64,000 bases of DNA from Opitutales bacterium (GCA_965226885.1 CBDDEL010000015.1:1-64000), one strand, 5' to 3'. Positions 9,197 through 19,956 are shown, counted from the stretch's first letter. The notes: generated by a model not told the origin, from the sequence alone. Numbers and translations are program-made.

Positions 9197-10764
9197 CCCG
9201 GATATTTCGTAAAAAAAGTATCGTTGATATGCTTAACTGCTGATATACAGCAGGATAGATCAATAATTAAAGCAATATCAGCGATGACAAAAGGTAAACA
9301 ATTAAAGCTACAGTTGACAAGGGTAAAAGGCCGCCGTGTGCGGGTTGATTTCAAGGGCGGAGAGGTTACTTCGGATGCCGGACTGCTTTTGATCCGGGAA
9401 GTGGATCGGCAGTTGGGCTTGACCGAACGAGCGGCCCGACAGTTAGTGGACAAACGGCAGAAGGGCAAAGTACGCCATGAGGTATTGGGGATGCTGCGGC
9501 AGCGCGTTTACGGGCTGGTGGCGGGCTATGAGGATTTGAACGACTTTGATACCCTGCGCCACGATCCATTGTTAGCAAACGGTAACGGGGCGCATTGAAA
9601 CGTTGGCCAGCGCGCCGACTTTGTGTCGTTTTGAAAACGGGCAGGATCGGCGGGCGGCCTTTGCGGTAAACGAGCTGTTGGTCGAACAGTTCATGGGCTC
9701 CTTTGCCGAGGAACCCGAAGAGATCATCCTGGACTTTGACGCCACCGACAATCCGGTGCACGGGCTCCAGGAGGGACGTTTTTTCCACGGTTATTATGAT
9801 CATTACTGTTTTCTGCCGCTATATGTTTTTTGCGGTGATCAGCTGCTGGTGGCCTACCTGCGGCCGAGCAAGATCGATGCCAGCAAGCATGCCGGGGCCA
9901 TCCTCAAATTGCTGGTTAAACGGATTCGCCAAAGCTGGCCCCGTACGCGGATTATTTGGCGCGCCGACAGTGGATTTTGTCGAGACCGGATACTCTCTTG
10001 GTGCGACCGCAACGAAGTTAGTTACATCGTGGGGATGGCTCGCAATGCACGCTTGCAGCAAGACGCCCAGCAGTTGCAAAAGCAGGCCAAAGAATGGTTC
10101 GAACTAAGGGGTAAAAAACAACGGTTATTCCAGGACTTCGTCTATGCTGCCGATTCGTGGCGATGGCTGCGGTTGGTCATCCATAAAGCCGAACACACCG
10201 CACAGGGGTCCAACCCGCGCTTCGTGGTGACGAACCTGCCGGGCGATCCCCAGGAGCTTTACGACAAGGTATACTGTGGCCGCGGTGAAATGGAGAACCG
10301 AATCAAGGAACAGATGCAATTGTTCAGCGAGCGCACCAGCGCCCATCAATGGTGGGCCAATCAGTGGCGATTGCTCTTGTCGGCGCTGGCCTACACCTTG
10401 ATGGAAGCCATGCGCCGGTTAGCCTTAAAAGGGACGAAGTGGGCGCGGGCCCAATGCCACACCCTGCGGCTCAAATTAATCAAGATCGGAGCGGTCATCG
10501 TGCGCAACACCCGAACGATTCACTTTCACCTAAGTGAGAGTTATCCTTGGGCCAGTCTTTTCAACCATGCGGCCCGCCGATTGGTGCCAACCTAAAGGGT
10601 GCATTGGTGCTGCCCCCGGCACTACCGAACCAATGGGGGAAAGGGGGCAGTGTCTCTACACCCTGAAAAACACCTAAAAATCAAGACGATCTGCTCAAAA
10701 TACAAAGAAATCCATCTCCAATAGCAATAACGAGCCAAACTTTACCCTTCATGAAATATCCGGG
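9197..10764 (+). mobile_element. IS1380-family element, copy 3 (transposase frameshifted)
   Basis: Same IRs, CTAA on both sides; an extra A at ~9574 (GTTAGCAAAC vs GTTGCAAAC) splits the ORF. Confidence 0.93.
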
Positions 10765-11699
10765 CTAAAGGCATTCAGGGAGTAAGACATTTTAGCCCCG
10801 CTACGATAAGATACTGCAACGCTGATCGAATCTTCGATTTCGATTTCGGGGCTGAATACACAGAGGTCGCGCTCGTAGCCATCATATTTCTCAAAATCGA
10901 AATAAAGGGCCCGTAAGTTTTTTGATGCTTTTTCGTTCGTTTGACCGATATCGATAAAAAAAGGACATCGGGCCTCTTCGGGACATTCATAACAGCGTTC
11001 GCCGCGGCGGCTGAGCCCATAGCGGTCAGCCGTTTCAGGAGTGTAAAATTGCCGGTGGCCAGTGGCATAAACCGTCTCCGGCACACTCGAAAGCCACCAG
11101 TTGACAAGATCGAAATGGTGGGTCGCCTTATGCACCAGCAGCCCGCCGGAATGCGCCTTGCGGCGGTGCCAGCGCCTGAAGTAGTCCGCCCCATGCCGCG
11201 TATCGAGCAACCAGTGAAAATCGACCGAGAGTGTTTCTCCTATGACACCGGACATGAGCAAATCCTTGATTTGACGCCGGGGAGGCGAGTAGCGGTAATT
11301 GAACGTAACCGTTATGTTCCGCCCCGTTTTTTTCTTGGCCTCCAGAATGCTCCGGCAGCTTTCCGCGTCGATTGTCATGGGTTTTTCCGTAATGACGTCG
11401 CAACCCAATTCCATGGCTCGGCAGATATAATGCCGGTGGGTGTCGTCACGGGAGGTTACGATGACGCAGTCCGGTCGCGTTTCCTTGATCATGCGATCAA
11501 ATTCACGGTTCGAATAACCCGGAGGACGATGGCCTGTTTTTTCCTTAATCTGATCGAGAGACAAATTGAGGCGGCCTTCATTCAGATCGCACATGGCCAC
11601 CATCCGGGATTGCTCTGAATATTTTCCAATAACGGCATCGCGAAACATGCTATGCCGGCCCCCGAGGCCCACCTGGACATATCTTTTAATACTATTCAT
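10765..11699 (-). pseudogene. Gfo/Idh/MocA oxidoreductase, 3'-truncated by IS1380
   Basis: VGLGGR, ITEKPM and HKATHHFD motifs; the ORF runs into the IS right end and stops at 10749. Confidence 0.8.
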
Positions 11700-12807
11700 C
11701 AGAAGGTGGGCTGTGTTCAGATTCCTGGATCAACCGGTTGAGAAATGATTCATAGGTTTCGGCATTGAGTGGAAATTCGACCGGCCTCTTCTCGATACTG
11801 GAATAGATCATGGCGTTTGCCAACTCAATCGAATGAATACCCTCCTCAGCCGGGGCGATCAATTCCGCTCCATGGAGAATAGCGTTGGCGAAATTTTGAA
11901 GAATGATGCGGTGCTGGTTTTCGCTCGGCGGTAAATCGACCTCAATTACCTCGCTCGGGGGTCGCGCGAATACATCTCCCGAATCCCGTCCGAATTGTGA
12001 CATGGGAACCAGATTTCGTGTGTAGGACAAACTTTTGTTCTCGAGAACTACCCGGCCATTTTCACCCGATATTTCCAGCCGATTGCTGCCGGGAGATTCC
12101 CCCGTCGAAGCGATAAATATACCTGTGCAACCGTTCTCGTACTCGAGAAAGGCGGTTACATCATCCTCGACTTCGATATCGTGGAACCGCCCCAATGCGC
12201 AATGGGCGGTCAACTGTTTCGGCATACCGAAGAGCCATTGCCAGAGATCGAGCTGATGCAGGCATTGGTTAAGGAGAACTCCACCGCCCTCCCCGGCCCA
12301 GGTGGCGCGCCATCCCCCGGAACGGTAATAGGTTTCCGTTCGAAACCAGTTGGTGATGGTCCAGACAACGCGACAAATCTCTCCCAGTTCACCGCCGTGA
12401 ATGAGCTCGTAAAGCCAGCGATGAGGATTCTGGGTCCGCTGATTTAGCATGGCCGCGAATATCTGCCGTTCATCGCGATGGGCCGCAAAGAGCCGTTCAC
12501 AATCCGCCTTGTGGACCGATACAGGCTTTTCCACTAGAACGTGCAGACCCCCTTCGAGGGCTTCGATGCCAACGCTGGTGTGGTCAAAATGCGGGGTTAC
12601 GATCAACACGGCGTCGATATCTCCAGAGTGGATCATATCACCACTGGAGTGGAAATGCGCGGCGTCGGGAAATGCTTGCAGAGCTTCCGCCCGGAGATCA
12701 CACACGGCTGCCAGTTTCAGCCCCCGAATATCACCGGCAAGAATCTTGCGGGCCTGATTCAAACCCATGCCTCCCATACCCGCTATTCCCAATCTGACTT
12801 CTTCCAT
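11692..12807 (-). CDS. Gfo/Idh/MocA family oxidoreductase
   Basis: GIAGMGGMG, HVLVEKP, GGGVLLNQCLHQLD. Confidence 0.9.
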   Translation of the reverse strand: MEEVRLGIAGMGGMGLNQARKILAGDIRGLKLAAVCDLRAEALQAFPDAAHFHSSGDMIHSGDIDAVLIVTPHFDHTSVGIEALEGGLHVLVEKPVSVHKADCERLFAAHRDERQIFAAMLNQRTQNPHRWLYELIHGGELGEICRVVWTITNWFRTETYYRSGGWRATWAGEGGGVLLNQCLHQLDLWQWLFGMPKQLTAHCALGRFHDIEVEDDVTAFLEYENGCTGIFIASTGESPGSNRLEISGENGRVVLENKSLSYTRNLVPMSQFGRDSGDVFARPPSEVIEVDLPPSENQHRIILQNFANAILHGAELIAPAEEGIHSIELANAMIYSSIEKRPVEFPLNAETYESFLNRLIQESEHSPPSDE

Positions 12808-13046
12808 ATCTCTTCCCGTATAGGTTCCGCTCAGTCCCTTCTCGATCTTATGTCATTTTGTCATCAGAGTACATTCCAAAACATATTAAAATATATAGGC
12901 ATTCCATTGAGGCAATTCCAGATACGACGTGTTCGCATTTTAGGCGGTCGGATCAATATCGTTCCCCAAATTGATTTTCTTTTTATCTGGATATGGAGAC
13001 CACCACCCGGTATTGAGTTTTATATCAACTTTTAACCACTTTTTTT

Positions 13047-14372
13047 ATGATTGATCGCCGTTCCTTCCTTGCCACTGGATTTGCCGCCACCGCGTTAGCC
13101 GCGCATCGCAGGGCCTTTGGCCTGGCAGCCGATGATTCAACTTCGCTCGGACTGGCCCAGACTCAAGAGAAGGGCGATGTGAGAAACCTGCGCATTACTG
13201 ATCTGAAGACGTTCCTGGTCGATGCAGGAAACGACGAGAACTACGCCTATGTGAAAATCTATACCAACCAAGGAATCACTGGCTTGGGTGAAGGGACCCT
13301 TTCGGGCAAGGGCAGCGCCATAGCCGCAGCCATTATGGAGCACAAGCGCTACCTAATGGGCAAGGATCCGGGAGAAATCGAACGGCTCTGGCAAACCATG
13401 TTTCGCGGTCCGCGCTACCGCGGTGGACCTGTCCTAATGTCGGCCCTGAGCGCGGTCGAAATCGCCCTGTGGGATATTCTGGGCCAAGCGATTGGTCTGC
13501 CCATCTGGCGGCTGTTGGGAGGAAAGGCCCGCGACAAGGTGCGCCTATATTGCCACGAAGGCTATCTCGAGCGGATCAGTCACCGCAAAAAACGCCGCCT
13601 AAAAACGTTGGAGGAGGAGCTCGAACTTTGGGTGCGGAAAAAAGAGGAGGGTTGGACCTGCATCAAGGGCGGCTTTTTCCCCGTTGATTCACAGGCGGTG
13701 GATTTTCGCAAATCCATCCGCGAGGGCGTGGAACACATGGCGGCAGTGCGCGACGCGGTGGGTACCGATTTTGACATTATTGCAGAGATACACGGGAAGG
13801 CCAATCCCTCGGCCGCCATCGAGTTCTGCAACCGTATTGAGGATTTCCATACCTTGTGGGTAGAGGAAGCGACCCAGTTGGAAAGCGAGGTTATCGAGGA
13901 GGCGCGGCAGTTGCGCCGACAGACGCGGGTTCCACTGGCTACGGGGGAGCGCCTCACCAGCCGTTATGACTTCGTTCCCTTGTGCAGTGAGCGGTTGGTG
14001 GATGTGATTATGCCCGATGTGGTGCATTGCGGCGGCATTCTGGAGATGAAGAAAATTGCCACGTTGGCCGAATGTTTCCGCGTGGATGTGTCGCCTCACA
14101 ATCCGCAAAGTGAAGTCAGCACCCTGGCCTCCCTTCATGTTTGCATGTGTACGCCCAACTGCACTTTGCTTGAAATCGGCAGCGGGCAGGATCCCTTTTG
14201 GAACGATCTTTTTTATGGCGGTTACTTCCGGTATGAAAAGGGTTACGCATTTGCTCCGGAGAGGCCTGGCCTGGGCATCGATCTGGACGAGTCTGTGGCG
14301 GCAAAATACCCCTACCGGGAAATGGACTTCGGGGTACATCATTTTCCCGATGGTTCGGTAACGGATCGTTAA
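13047..14372 (+). CDS. Mandelate racemase/galactonate dehydratase-like enolase with a Tat signal peptide
   Basis: N-terminal DRRSFL plus hydrophobic stretch; SAVEIALWDILG, LLGGKARDKVRLY, ATGE, PDVVHCGG, PHNP. Confidence 0.85.
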   Translation: MIDRRSFLATGFAATALAAHRRAFGLAADDSTSLGLAQTQEKGDVRNLRITDLKTFLVDAGNDENYAYVKIYTNQGITGLGEGTLSGKGSAIAAAIMEHKRYLMGKDPGEIERLWQTMFRGPRYRGGPVLMSALSAVEIALWDILGQAIGLPIWRLLGGKARDKVRLYCHEGYLERISHRKKRRLKTLEEELELWVRKKEEGWTCIKGGFFPVDSQAVDFRKSIREGVEHMAAVRDAVGTDFDIIAEIHGKANPSAAIEFCNRIEDFHTLWVEEATQLESEVIEEARQLRRQTRVPLATGERLTSRYDFVPLCSERLVDVIMPDVVHCGGILEMKKIATLAECFRVDVSPHNPQSEVSTLASLHVCMCTPNCTLLEIGSGQDPFWNDLFYGGYFRYEKGYAFAPERPGLGIDLDESVAAKYPYREMDFGVHHFPDGSVTDR

Positions 14373-14417
14373 GACGGCTTCGATTTTAAGAAATCAACAC
14401 TTTAGGTGACAGCAACC

Positions 14418-15269
14418 ATGCCTGGACTCATCTTAGACGGAAAGAATTTGGCCAGGCAGATCGAAGCGGATTTGACCGAACGCGTTGGCCGATTAATAGA
14501 AGCTTCCGGCGGGTCACGACCAACCCTGGCAACCATCCTGGTGGGTGACGACCCGGCTTCGGCGACTTATGTAAAAATGAAGGGTAATGCCTGCCGCCGG
14601 GTGGGAATGGAGTCCCGAAAAATCTTTCTCCGTCAGGAGACGACGACCGGGGAACTACTCGAAGCGATCGATTCTCTGGCTCAGGATAGAAATGTGCACG
14701 GCATTTTATTGCAGCATCCAGCACCGCCACAAGTTGATGAAAGGCTCTGCTTCGACCGTATTCCCATCGAGAAGGACGTGGACGGCGTTTCTGCCCACGG
14801 TTTCGGGCTCATGGCGATGAATGAAACGGCTTTCGGAGCGGCCACCCCGACCGGCATTATGCACCTATTGAGTCATTACAAGATTTCCATCACGGGCCTT
14901 CACGCCGTGGTGGTTGGGCGCAGTCCTATTTTGGGCAAACCAATCGCCGCTATGCTCCTGAACGCCGACGCCACCGTCACTGTATGCCATTCCAAAACAA
15001 GAAATTTGCCCGAAATGGTCCGACAGGCCGATCTGGTCGTGGGGGCGGTGGGAATACCAGAGTTCATCAAAGCCGAGTGGGTAAAAGAGCAGGCCATCGT
15101 CGTTGACGCCGGTTATAACGAGGGCGGAATCGGCGACATCGAACTGAGGCCGCTTAGGGAACGCTGCCATGCCTACACACCGGTCCCCGGAGGCGTTGGC
15201 CCCATGACCATCGCCACCCTCTTAAAACAAACGGTGGAAGCGGCCGAAAAATCTTCGCCGCAAACCTGA
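14418..15269 (+). CDS. folD: Methylenetetrahydrofolate dehydrogenase/cyclohydrolase
   Basis: ASATYVKMK, KDVDG, VVVGRSPILGKP, TPVPGGVGPMT. Confidence 0.96.
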   Translation: MPGLILDGKNLARQIEADLTERVGRLIEASGGSRPTLATILVGDDPASATYVKMKGNACRRVGMESRKIFLRQETTTGELLEAIDSLAQDRNVHGILLQHPAPPQVDERLCFDRIPIEKDVDGVSAHGFGLMAMNETAFGAATPTGIMHLLSHYKISITGLHAVVVGRSPILGKPIAAMLLNADATVTVCHSKTRNLPEMVRQADLVVGAVGIPEFIKAEWVKEQAIVVDAGYNEGGIGDIELRPLRERCHAYTPVPGGVGPMTIATLLKQTVEAAEKSSPQT

Positions 15270-15373
15270 AATTAAAGGGAGAAAAGATATAAGATCTACA
15301 GGATTTCATTTTGTACTGATTAAGATTTCAATTGACTGTATCTGTATTGCTTTCATTAAAAAAGATATACTCT

Positions 15374-15388
15374 AGTTTCATTGAAACT
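15374..15388. promoter_or_regulatory. Perfect palindrome AGTTTCA-T-TGAAACT, candidate operator upstream of the ahcY-like gene
   Basis: 7-bp arms, 1-nt spacer, 15 nt before ATG 15404 in an AT-rich intergenic region. Confidence 0.4.
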
Positions 15389-15403
15389 TGGTACAACTTT
15401 AAT

Positions 15404-16597
15404 ATGACTAATCAATCTGTGCAAGAAGAGCTTTTAATTCGCGGACGCGGTAAAATCAATTGGACGAGTTCCAATATGCGTATCCTGGCCCGACTTCGGG
15501 AGGAGTTCAGGTCCACCAAACCTTTTGCCGGGCTCACCATTGGAGTATGCCTCCATATCGAGCAAAAAATAGCGGCATTGTTGAGCGTCCTGACGGCCGG
15601 GGGTGCAAATGTGGTGGCCACCAGCAACTTGGGCACGACCAATGACGATATCGCCGCGGCCCTCAATGAAAGTGGCATTCGGGTCTATGGGAAACGGAAA
15701 GATTCCCACCGGGAACACATGGAAAACGTCCGTCAAATTCTGCGCCACATACCCAACCTGCTTTTGGACAATGGAGCCGAATTGATCGCCCTCCTTGTTG
15801 AAGAGGAGGAGTTTTCCGGACAAAAAGTCATTGGTGCCACGGAGGAGACAACCACAGGAGGAAACCTTATCCGAGAGGAGATGCCAGGAAAGGTGTCATT
15901 TCCTGTAATTGTCATCAACGACAGCCCCCTCAAATCATTCGTAGAAAATAAGCATGCCGTTGGCCAATCGATTCTGGAAAGTTTTTTAAGAATCACCAAC
16001 TTGATGATACAGGGAAAGAGGGTCGTCGTCTTCGGTTATGGCTGGTGTGGAAAGGGCATCTCGAAGTATTTCAAGAATTTCGGAGCATGGGTAACTGTGG
16101 TGGAAAAAGACCCTATTCGCGCACTGGAGGCGATCGTAGACGGCTTCCGGGTTTCCGAAACGGAGGCAGCACTAACCTGGGGAAATGTTTTTATAACAGC
16201 CACTGGCAGACCGGGTATCATTCGGGCCGAGCATTTCGCCCATATTCCCGATGGTTCCGTACTGGCTAACGCCGGTCATTTCGATTACGAAATCGATGTG
16301 CCTGCGTTGATAGAGCAAGCAGTATCAGTGGAGGAACCGGTAGAAGCTATCGAACGCTGCACTTTGCCCAACGGTCATTGTCTCAATCTTTTGTGCCACG
16401 GTAGGATGTTCAACCTGGGCGGACGCGAACCCAAGGGAAACTCAATCGAATCCTTGGACATGGGATTCACACTGGTGGCGCTCTCTCTTGAGTGTATCGC
16501 TAAAAGCAGATACCAACTAATTTCCGGGGCCCAACCGGTTCCCCATGATATAAACCTGGAAACATCCAAAAGAATGCTGAAAATCCTGATGGCATAA
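15404..16597 (+). CDS. ahcY: Adenosylhomocysteinase-family protein (divergent, short form)
   Basis: EETTTG, VINDS..K, GYGWCGKG and NAGHF motifs; several active-site substitutions (see findings). Confidence 0.8.
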   Translation: MTNQSVQEELLIRGRGKINWTSSNMRILARLREEFRSTKPFAGLTIGVCLHIEQKIAALLSVLTAGGANVVATSNLGTTNDDIAAALNESGIRVYGKRKDSHREHMENVRQILRHIPNLLLDNGAELIALLVEEEEFSGQKVIGATEETTTGGNLIREEMPGKVSFPVIVINDSPLKSFVENKHAVGQSILESFLRITNLMIQGKRVVVFGYGWCGKGISKYFKNFGAWVTVVEKDPIRALEAIVDGFRVSETEAALTWGNVFITATGRPGIIRAEHFAHIPDGSVLANAGHFDYEIDVPALIEQAVSVEEPVEAIERCTLPNGHCLNLLCHGRMFNLGGREPKGNSIESLDMGFTLVALSLECIAKSRYQLISGAQPVPHDINLETSKRMLKILMA

Positions 16598-16702
16598 AAA
16601 CCCGACCTACATCGACCCTCTCCGGCTATCGATCATAAAATTGAAAGGCATCGCCCTGACCTCTGCCATTCCCACCCCTTTTTTTAGTAAGATCCAGGTT
16701 TT

Positions 16703-18289
16703 TTACTCCCACTCAATGGTTGCGGGTGGTTTGGAGGAAACATCGAGGACGACGCGGTTTACGCCATTGGTTTCGTTGACTATTCGGCTCGATATTTTCC
16801 TTAAAATGTCTTCCGGCAGGTAATACCAATCGGCGGTCATACCGTCGCGGGACGTGATGGCGCGGATGGCCACGCATTCGTCATAGGTACGCTGGTCGCC
16901 CATCACCCCGACACTGCGAACCGGCAAGAGCACAGCGAAAAATTGCCATATCGTGAGGTTGAGACCGGCGTTTTTTATTTCGTCCGTGACGATGCGGTCG
17001 GCATTACGCAGGACATCCAGTCGTTCCTTGGTGATATTACCCAGGCAGCGAACGGCCAGACCCGGACCGGGGAATGGCTGCCGGTCGATCAGGGAATCCG
17101 GGATTTCCAGACTCCGTCCGATTTTTCTGACTTCGTCTTTGAAAAGCTCCCGCAGTGGTTCGATCAATTCCAGTCGCATATTTTCCACCAGACCGCCCAC
17201 GTTATGATGACTTTTGATGGTGGCCGCTCCTCCCGAGAAGGAACCGCTTTCGATCACATCGGGGTAAAGCGTCCCCTGCACCAGATAATGAACGTCCTTG
17301 ATGCGGTGGGCCTCTTCTTCGAATACCTCGATGAAAACGCGTCCGATGATTTTGCGTTTTTGCTCGGGATCTGTGACACCGGCAAGTTCGCGCAAAAAAC
17401 GATCGGCAGCATCTACTTTATGCACGTTGAGGCCGAGTAGTTTCGTGAATTCCATTACTTCGTCCGCCTCTCTCAGTCTCAACAATCCGTTATCGACAAA
17501 GATGCAAAATAGACGTTCACCCACCGCTTTGTGCACAAGCACGGCGGCGACGGTGGAATCGACCCCGCCGCTGAGCCCGCAAATAACGTTTCCGCTTATT
17601 ACCTTGCGGCGGGTGTTTTCGAGGACCTCATCGATAAAACCAGCAGCTTTCCAGTCAACCTCCAATCCGGCCACATGATAAAGGAAAGTGGAGAGGATGT
17701 CATTGCCCCGGAGGGTGTGTTGCACTTCGGGATGGAATTGCACGCCATAGATTTTTCGCTCCGGGTGGCCGAAGGCGGCGATAGGGGAACCTTCCGAGCG
17801 GGCCAAGGTTTGAAATCCTAGTGGAACGGCGGTTACCTTGTCCCCGTGGCTCATCCACACTTCAAGAGATTCATCGTTTGAAAAATCGACAAACGGACCG
17901 GATGGATTTTCAATATTAACGACGGCGGGACCAAATTCCCGCAAACCATCGTCCGGCAAAGTTTTTTCCATATTGCCGGATTGCCCGTCCGAGTTCCAAC
18001 CCCCGATACGGCCGCCGAATTCCACCGCTATCATCTGCATGCCGTAACAAATGCCGAGAACCGGAATATTGCAGCGCAATGCTTCGGGTGCAATCCGGGG
18101 AGCGCTCGCACATGCCACGGAAGCCGGTCCACCGGAAAGAATCAATGCCCGAGGCTTTTTTTCCTGAATTTTCTCAAAGGGCGTCGTTCCAGGCATAATT
18201 TGGCAATAAACACCCAACTCCCTGACCGCTCGCGCTATGAGAGGTGTGTATTGGGACCCGAAGTCAAGAATCAGCAGTTGGCTATCCAT
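16703..18289 (-). CDS. guaA: GMP synthase (glutamine-hydrolysing)
   Basis: LDFGSQY, GICYGMQ, QFHPEV, SGGVDS, IKSHHNVGG, KPPATIEWE. Confidence 0.98.
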   Translation of the reverse strand: MDSQLLILDFGSQYTPLIARAVRELGVYCQIMPGTTPFEKIQEKKPRALILSGGPASVACASAPRIAPEALRCNIPVLGICYGMQMIAVEFGGRIGGWNSDGQSGNMEKTLPDDGLREFGPAVVNIENPSGPFVDFSNDESLEVWMSHGDKVTAVPLGFQTLARSEGSPIAAFGHPERKIYGVQFHPEVQHTLRGNDILSTFLYHVAGLEVDWKAAGFIDEVLENTRRKVISGNVICGLSGGVDSTVAAVLVHKAVGERLFCIFVDNGLLRLREADEVMEFTKLLGLNVHKVDAADRFLRELAGVTDPEQKRKIIGRVFIEVFEEEAHRIKDVHYLVQGTLYPDVIESGSFSGGAATIKSHHNVGGLVENMRLELIEPLRELFKDEVRKIGRSLEIPDSLIDRQPFPGPGLAVRCLGNITKERLDVLRNADRIVTDEIKNAGLNLTIWQFFAVLLPVRSVGVMGDQRTYDECVAIRAITSRDGMTADWYYLPEDILRKISSRIVNETNGVNRVVLDVSSKPPATIEWE

Positions 18290-18303
18290 GACTGCGAACG
18301 GAC

Positions 18304-18795
18304 CTACTTGGTAGAATCTTTTCGGTCGATAATGGGATGGATAAACTGTGTTTCCGTGTCCCAGGGAAACAAAATCCAGGTATCCTGGCTCACTTCCGTA
18401 ACGAATGTATCGACGTGGTGCCTGCCTTCCGGTTTCACATAGACGGTGGCAAAATGCGCTTTGGGCAGTGATGCGCGAACGACTTGGGCTGTTTTTCCGG
18501 TATCCACGAGGTCATCTATGAGAAGCCACCCTTCGCCGTCGCCTTCAATGTCCTTGAGTACTTTTATATCGCCCCGTTCCTGCCATTCGTAGCTGCTCAC
18601 GCAAAAGGTATCGACCAAACGAATCTCCAGCTCTCGGGCTATGATGGCCACCGGAACGAGGCCTCCTCTGGTGATGGCTATGATCCCTTTCCATTGGGTC
18701 AGGTCGATCAATCTCCAAGACAAGGCCCGGCAATCTCTTTGCAGTTGATCCCAGGAAATGGGAAAAGTTTTTATATAGGATTCGTCGCCACTCAT
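18304..18795 (-). CDS. gpt: Xanthine-guanine phosphoribosyltransferase
   Basis: [28 protein letters not shown]. Confidence 0.93.
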   Translation of the reverse strand: MSGDESYIKTFPISWDQLQRDCRALSWRLIDLTQWKGIIAITRGGLVPVAIIARELEIRLVDTFCVSSYEWQERGDIKVLKDIEGDGEGWLLIDDLVDTGKTAQVVRASLPKAHFATVYVKPEGRHHVDTFVTEVSQDTWILFPWDTETQFIHPIIDRKDSTK

Positions 18796-18885
18796 CTTGA
18801 GCGAACTTGATCAATTCAATTCTCAAGACGAGAAAAAAGCGGGAAAAATTTTGCAAAACTCTGTCATAACAGGGTCATTTTCAAT

Positions 18886-19956
18886 TCAGGAACCGCTCAA
18901 TCCCAGGCGCTCACGGCGATATTTCTTCTTATGTATAATTTCACACCAATCCAGGTTTTCCAGATACCATTTGACGGTTGCCGTCATACCATCGGCAAAA
19001 TCGTATTGCGGCGACCAACCTAGTTCGTCTTTCAATTTCCCATAATCCATGGCATAACGCCTGTCGTGGCCAGGCCGGTCGGCGACAAAGCTTTTCAGTG
19101 TTTTGTAGGATAATCCAGTTTGCCACGATTTAAGCTCATCCAAAATTTGACCAAGCCAATCGACCACTTCGAGGTTCGTTTTTTCGGCATCGCCGCCAAT
19201 GTTGTAAACCTCGCCCAGCGTGCCTAGGCCCAGGACCTGCCAAAGAGCGTCACAGTGGTCTTCCACATGGAGCCAATCCCTGACATTTTGCCCGTCGCCA
19301 TAAATGGGCAGCGGTTTGCCCTCCAGTGCATTGAGAATCATGAGGGGAATCAGTTTTTCCGGAAACTGCCAGGGGCCGTAGTTGTTCGAACAGCGTGTCA
19401 TTACCACAGGCAATCCGTAAGTTTGATGATAGGACCTTAAAATGAGGTCCCCGGCGGCTTTGGAAGCGGCATAAGGACTGTTGGGGGCAATGGGAGTTTG
19501 TTCGGTAAAAGGGTGCTCCTCCGGCCCGAGGGAGCCATAAACTTCATCCGTCGATACGTGGAGCAGGCGAAAGCGATCGGCTTCGGTTGGCGGCAGTGAT
19601 TTCCAGAAACGTCGCAGGGAGTCCGCCAGTCTAAGGGTTCCGGTGACGTTGACGGCAAAAAAAGGCTCCGGCGAATCGATGGAACGATCGACGTGGGTTT
19701 CCGCCGCAAAATTAACCACCGAGTCAATGGAATGCTCGGACAACAGATCCTCCACCAACCCGGTATCGCCAATATCACCTTGCGTGAACCGGTAGCGGGG
19801 ATCGTTGCGAAAATCATTTAAGTTTTCCTCGTTCCCGGCATAGGTGAGCTTGTCCAGATTCACCAACAAATCACCACCGGCAAGGTACTCAGAGAGGCAT
19901 TTACGGATAAAATTCGTGCCGATGAAACCGCAGCCTCCTGTTACCAGCAGTTTCAT
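18886..19956 (-). CDS. rfbB: dTDP-glucose 4,6-dehydratase
   Basis: TGGCGFIG, DKLTYAGN, HVSTDEVYG, YAASK, DRPGHDRRY. Confidence 0.96.
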   Translation of the reverse strand: MKLLVTGGCGFIGTNFIRKCLSEYLAGGDLLVNLDKLTYAGNEENLNDFRNDPRYRFTQGDIGDTGLVEDLLSEHSIDSVVNFAAETHVDRSIDSPEPFFAVNVTGTLRLADSLRRFWKSLPPTEADRFRLLHVSTDEVYGSLGPEEHPFTEQTPIAPNSPYAASKAAGDLILRSYHQTYGLPVVMTRCSNNYGPWQFPEKLIPLMILNALEGKPLPIYGDGQNVRDWLHVEDHCDALWQVLGLGTLGEVYNIGGDAEKTNLEVVDWLGQILDELKSWQTGLSYKTLKSFVADRPGHDRRYAMDYGKLKDELGWSPQYDFADGMTATVKWYLENLDWCEIIHKKKYRRERLGLSGS

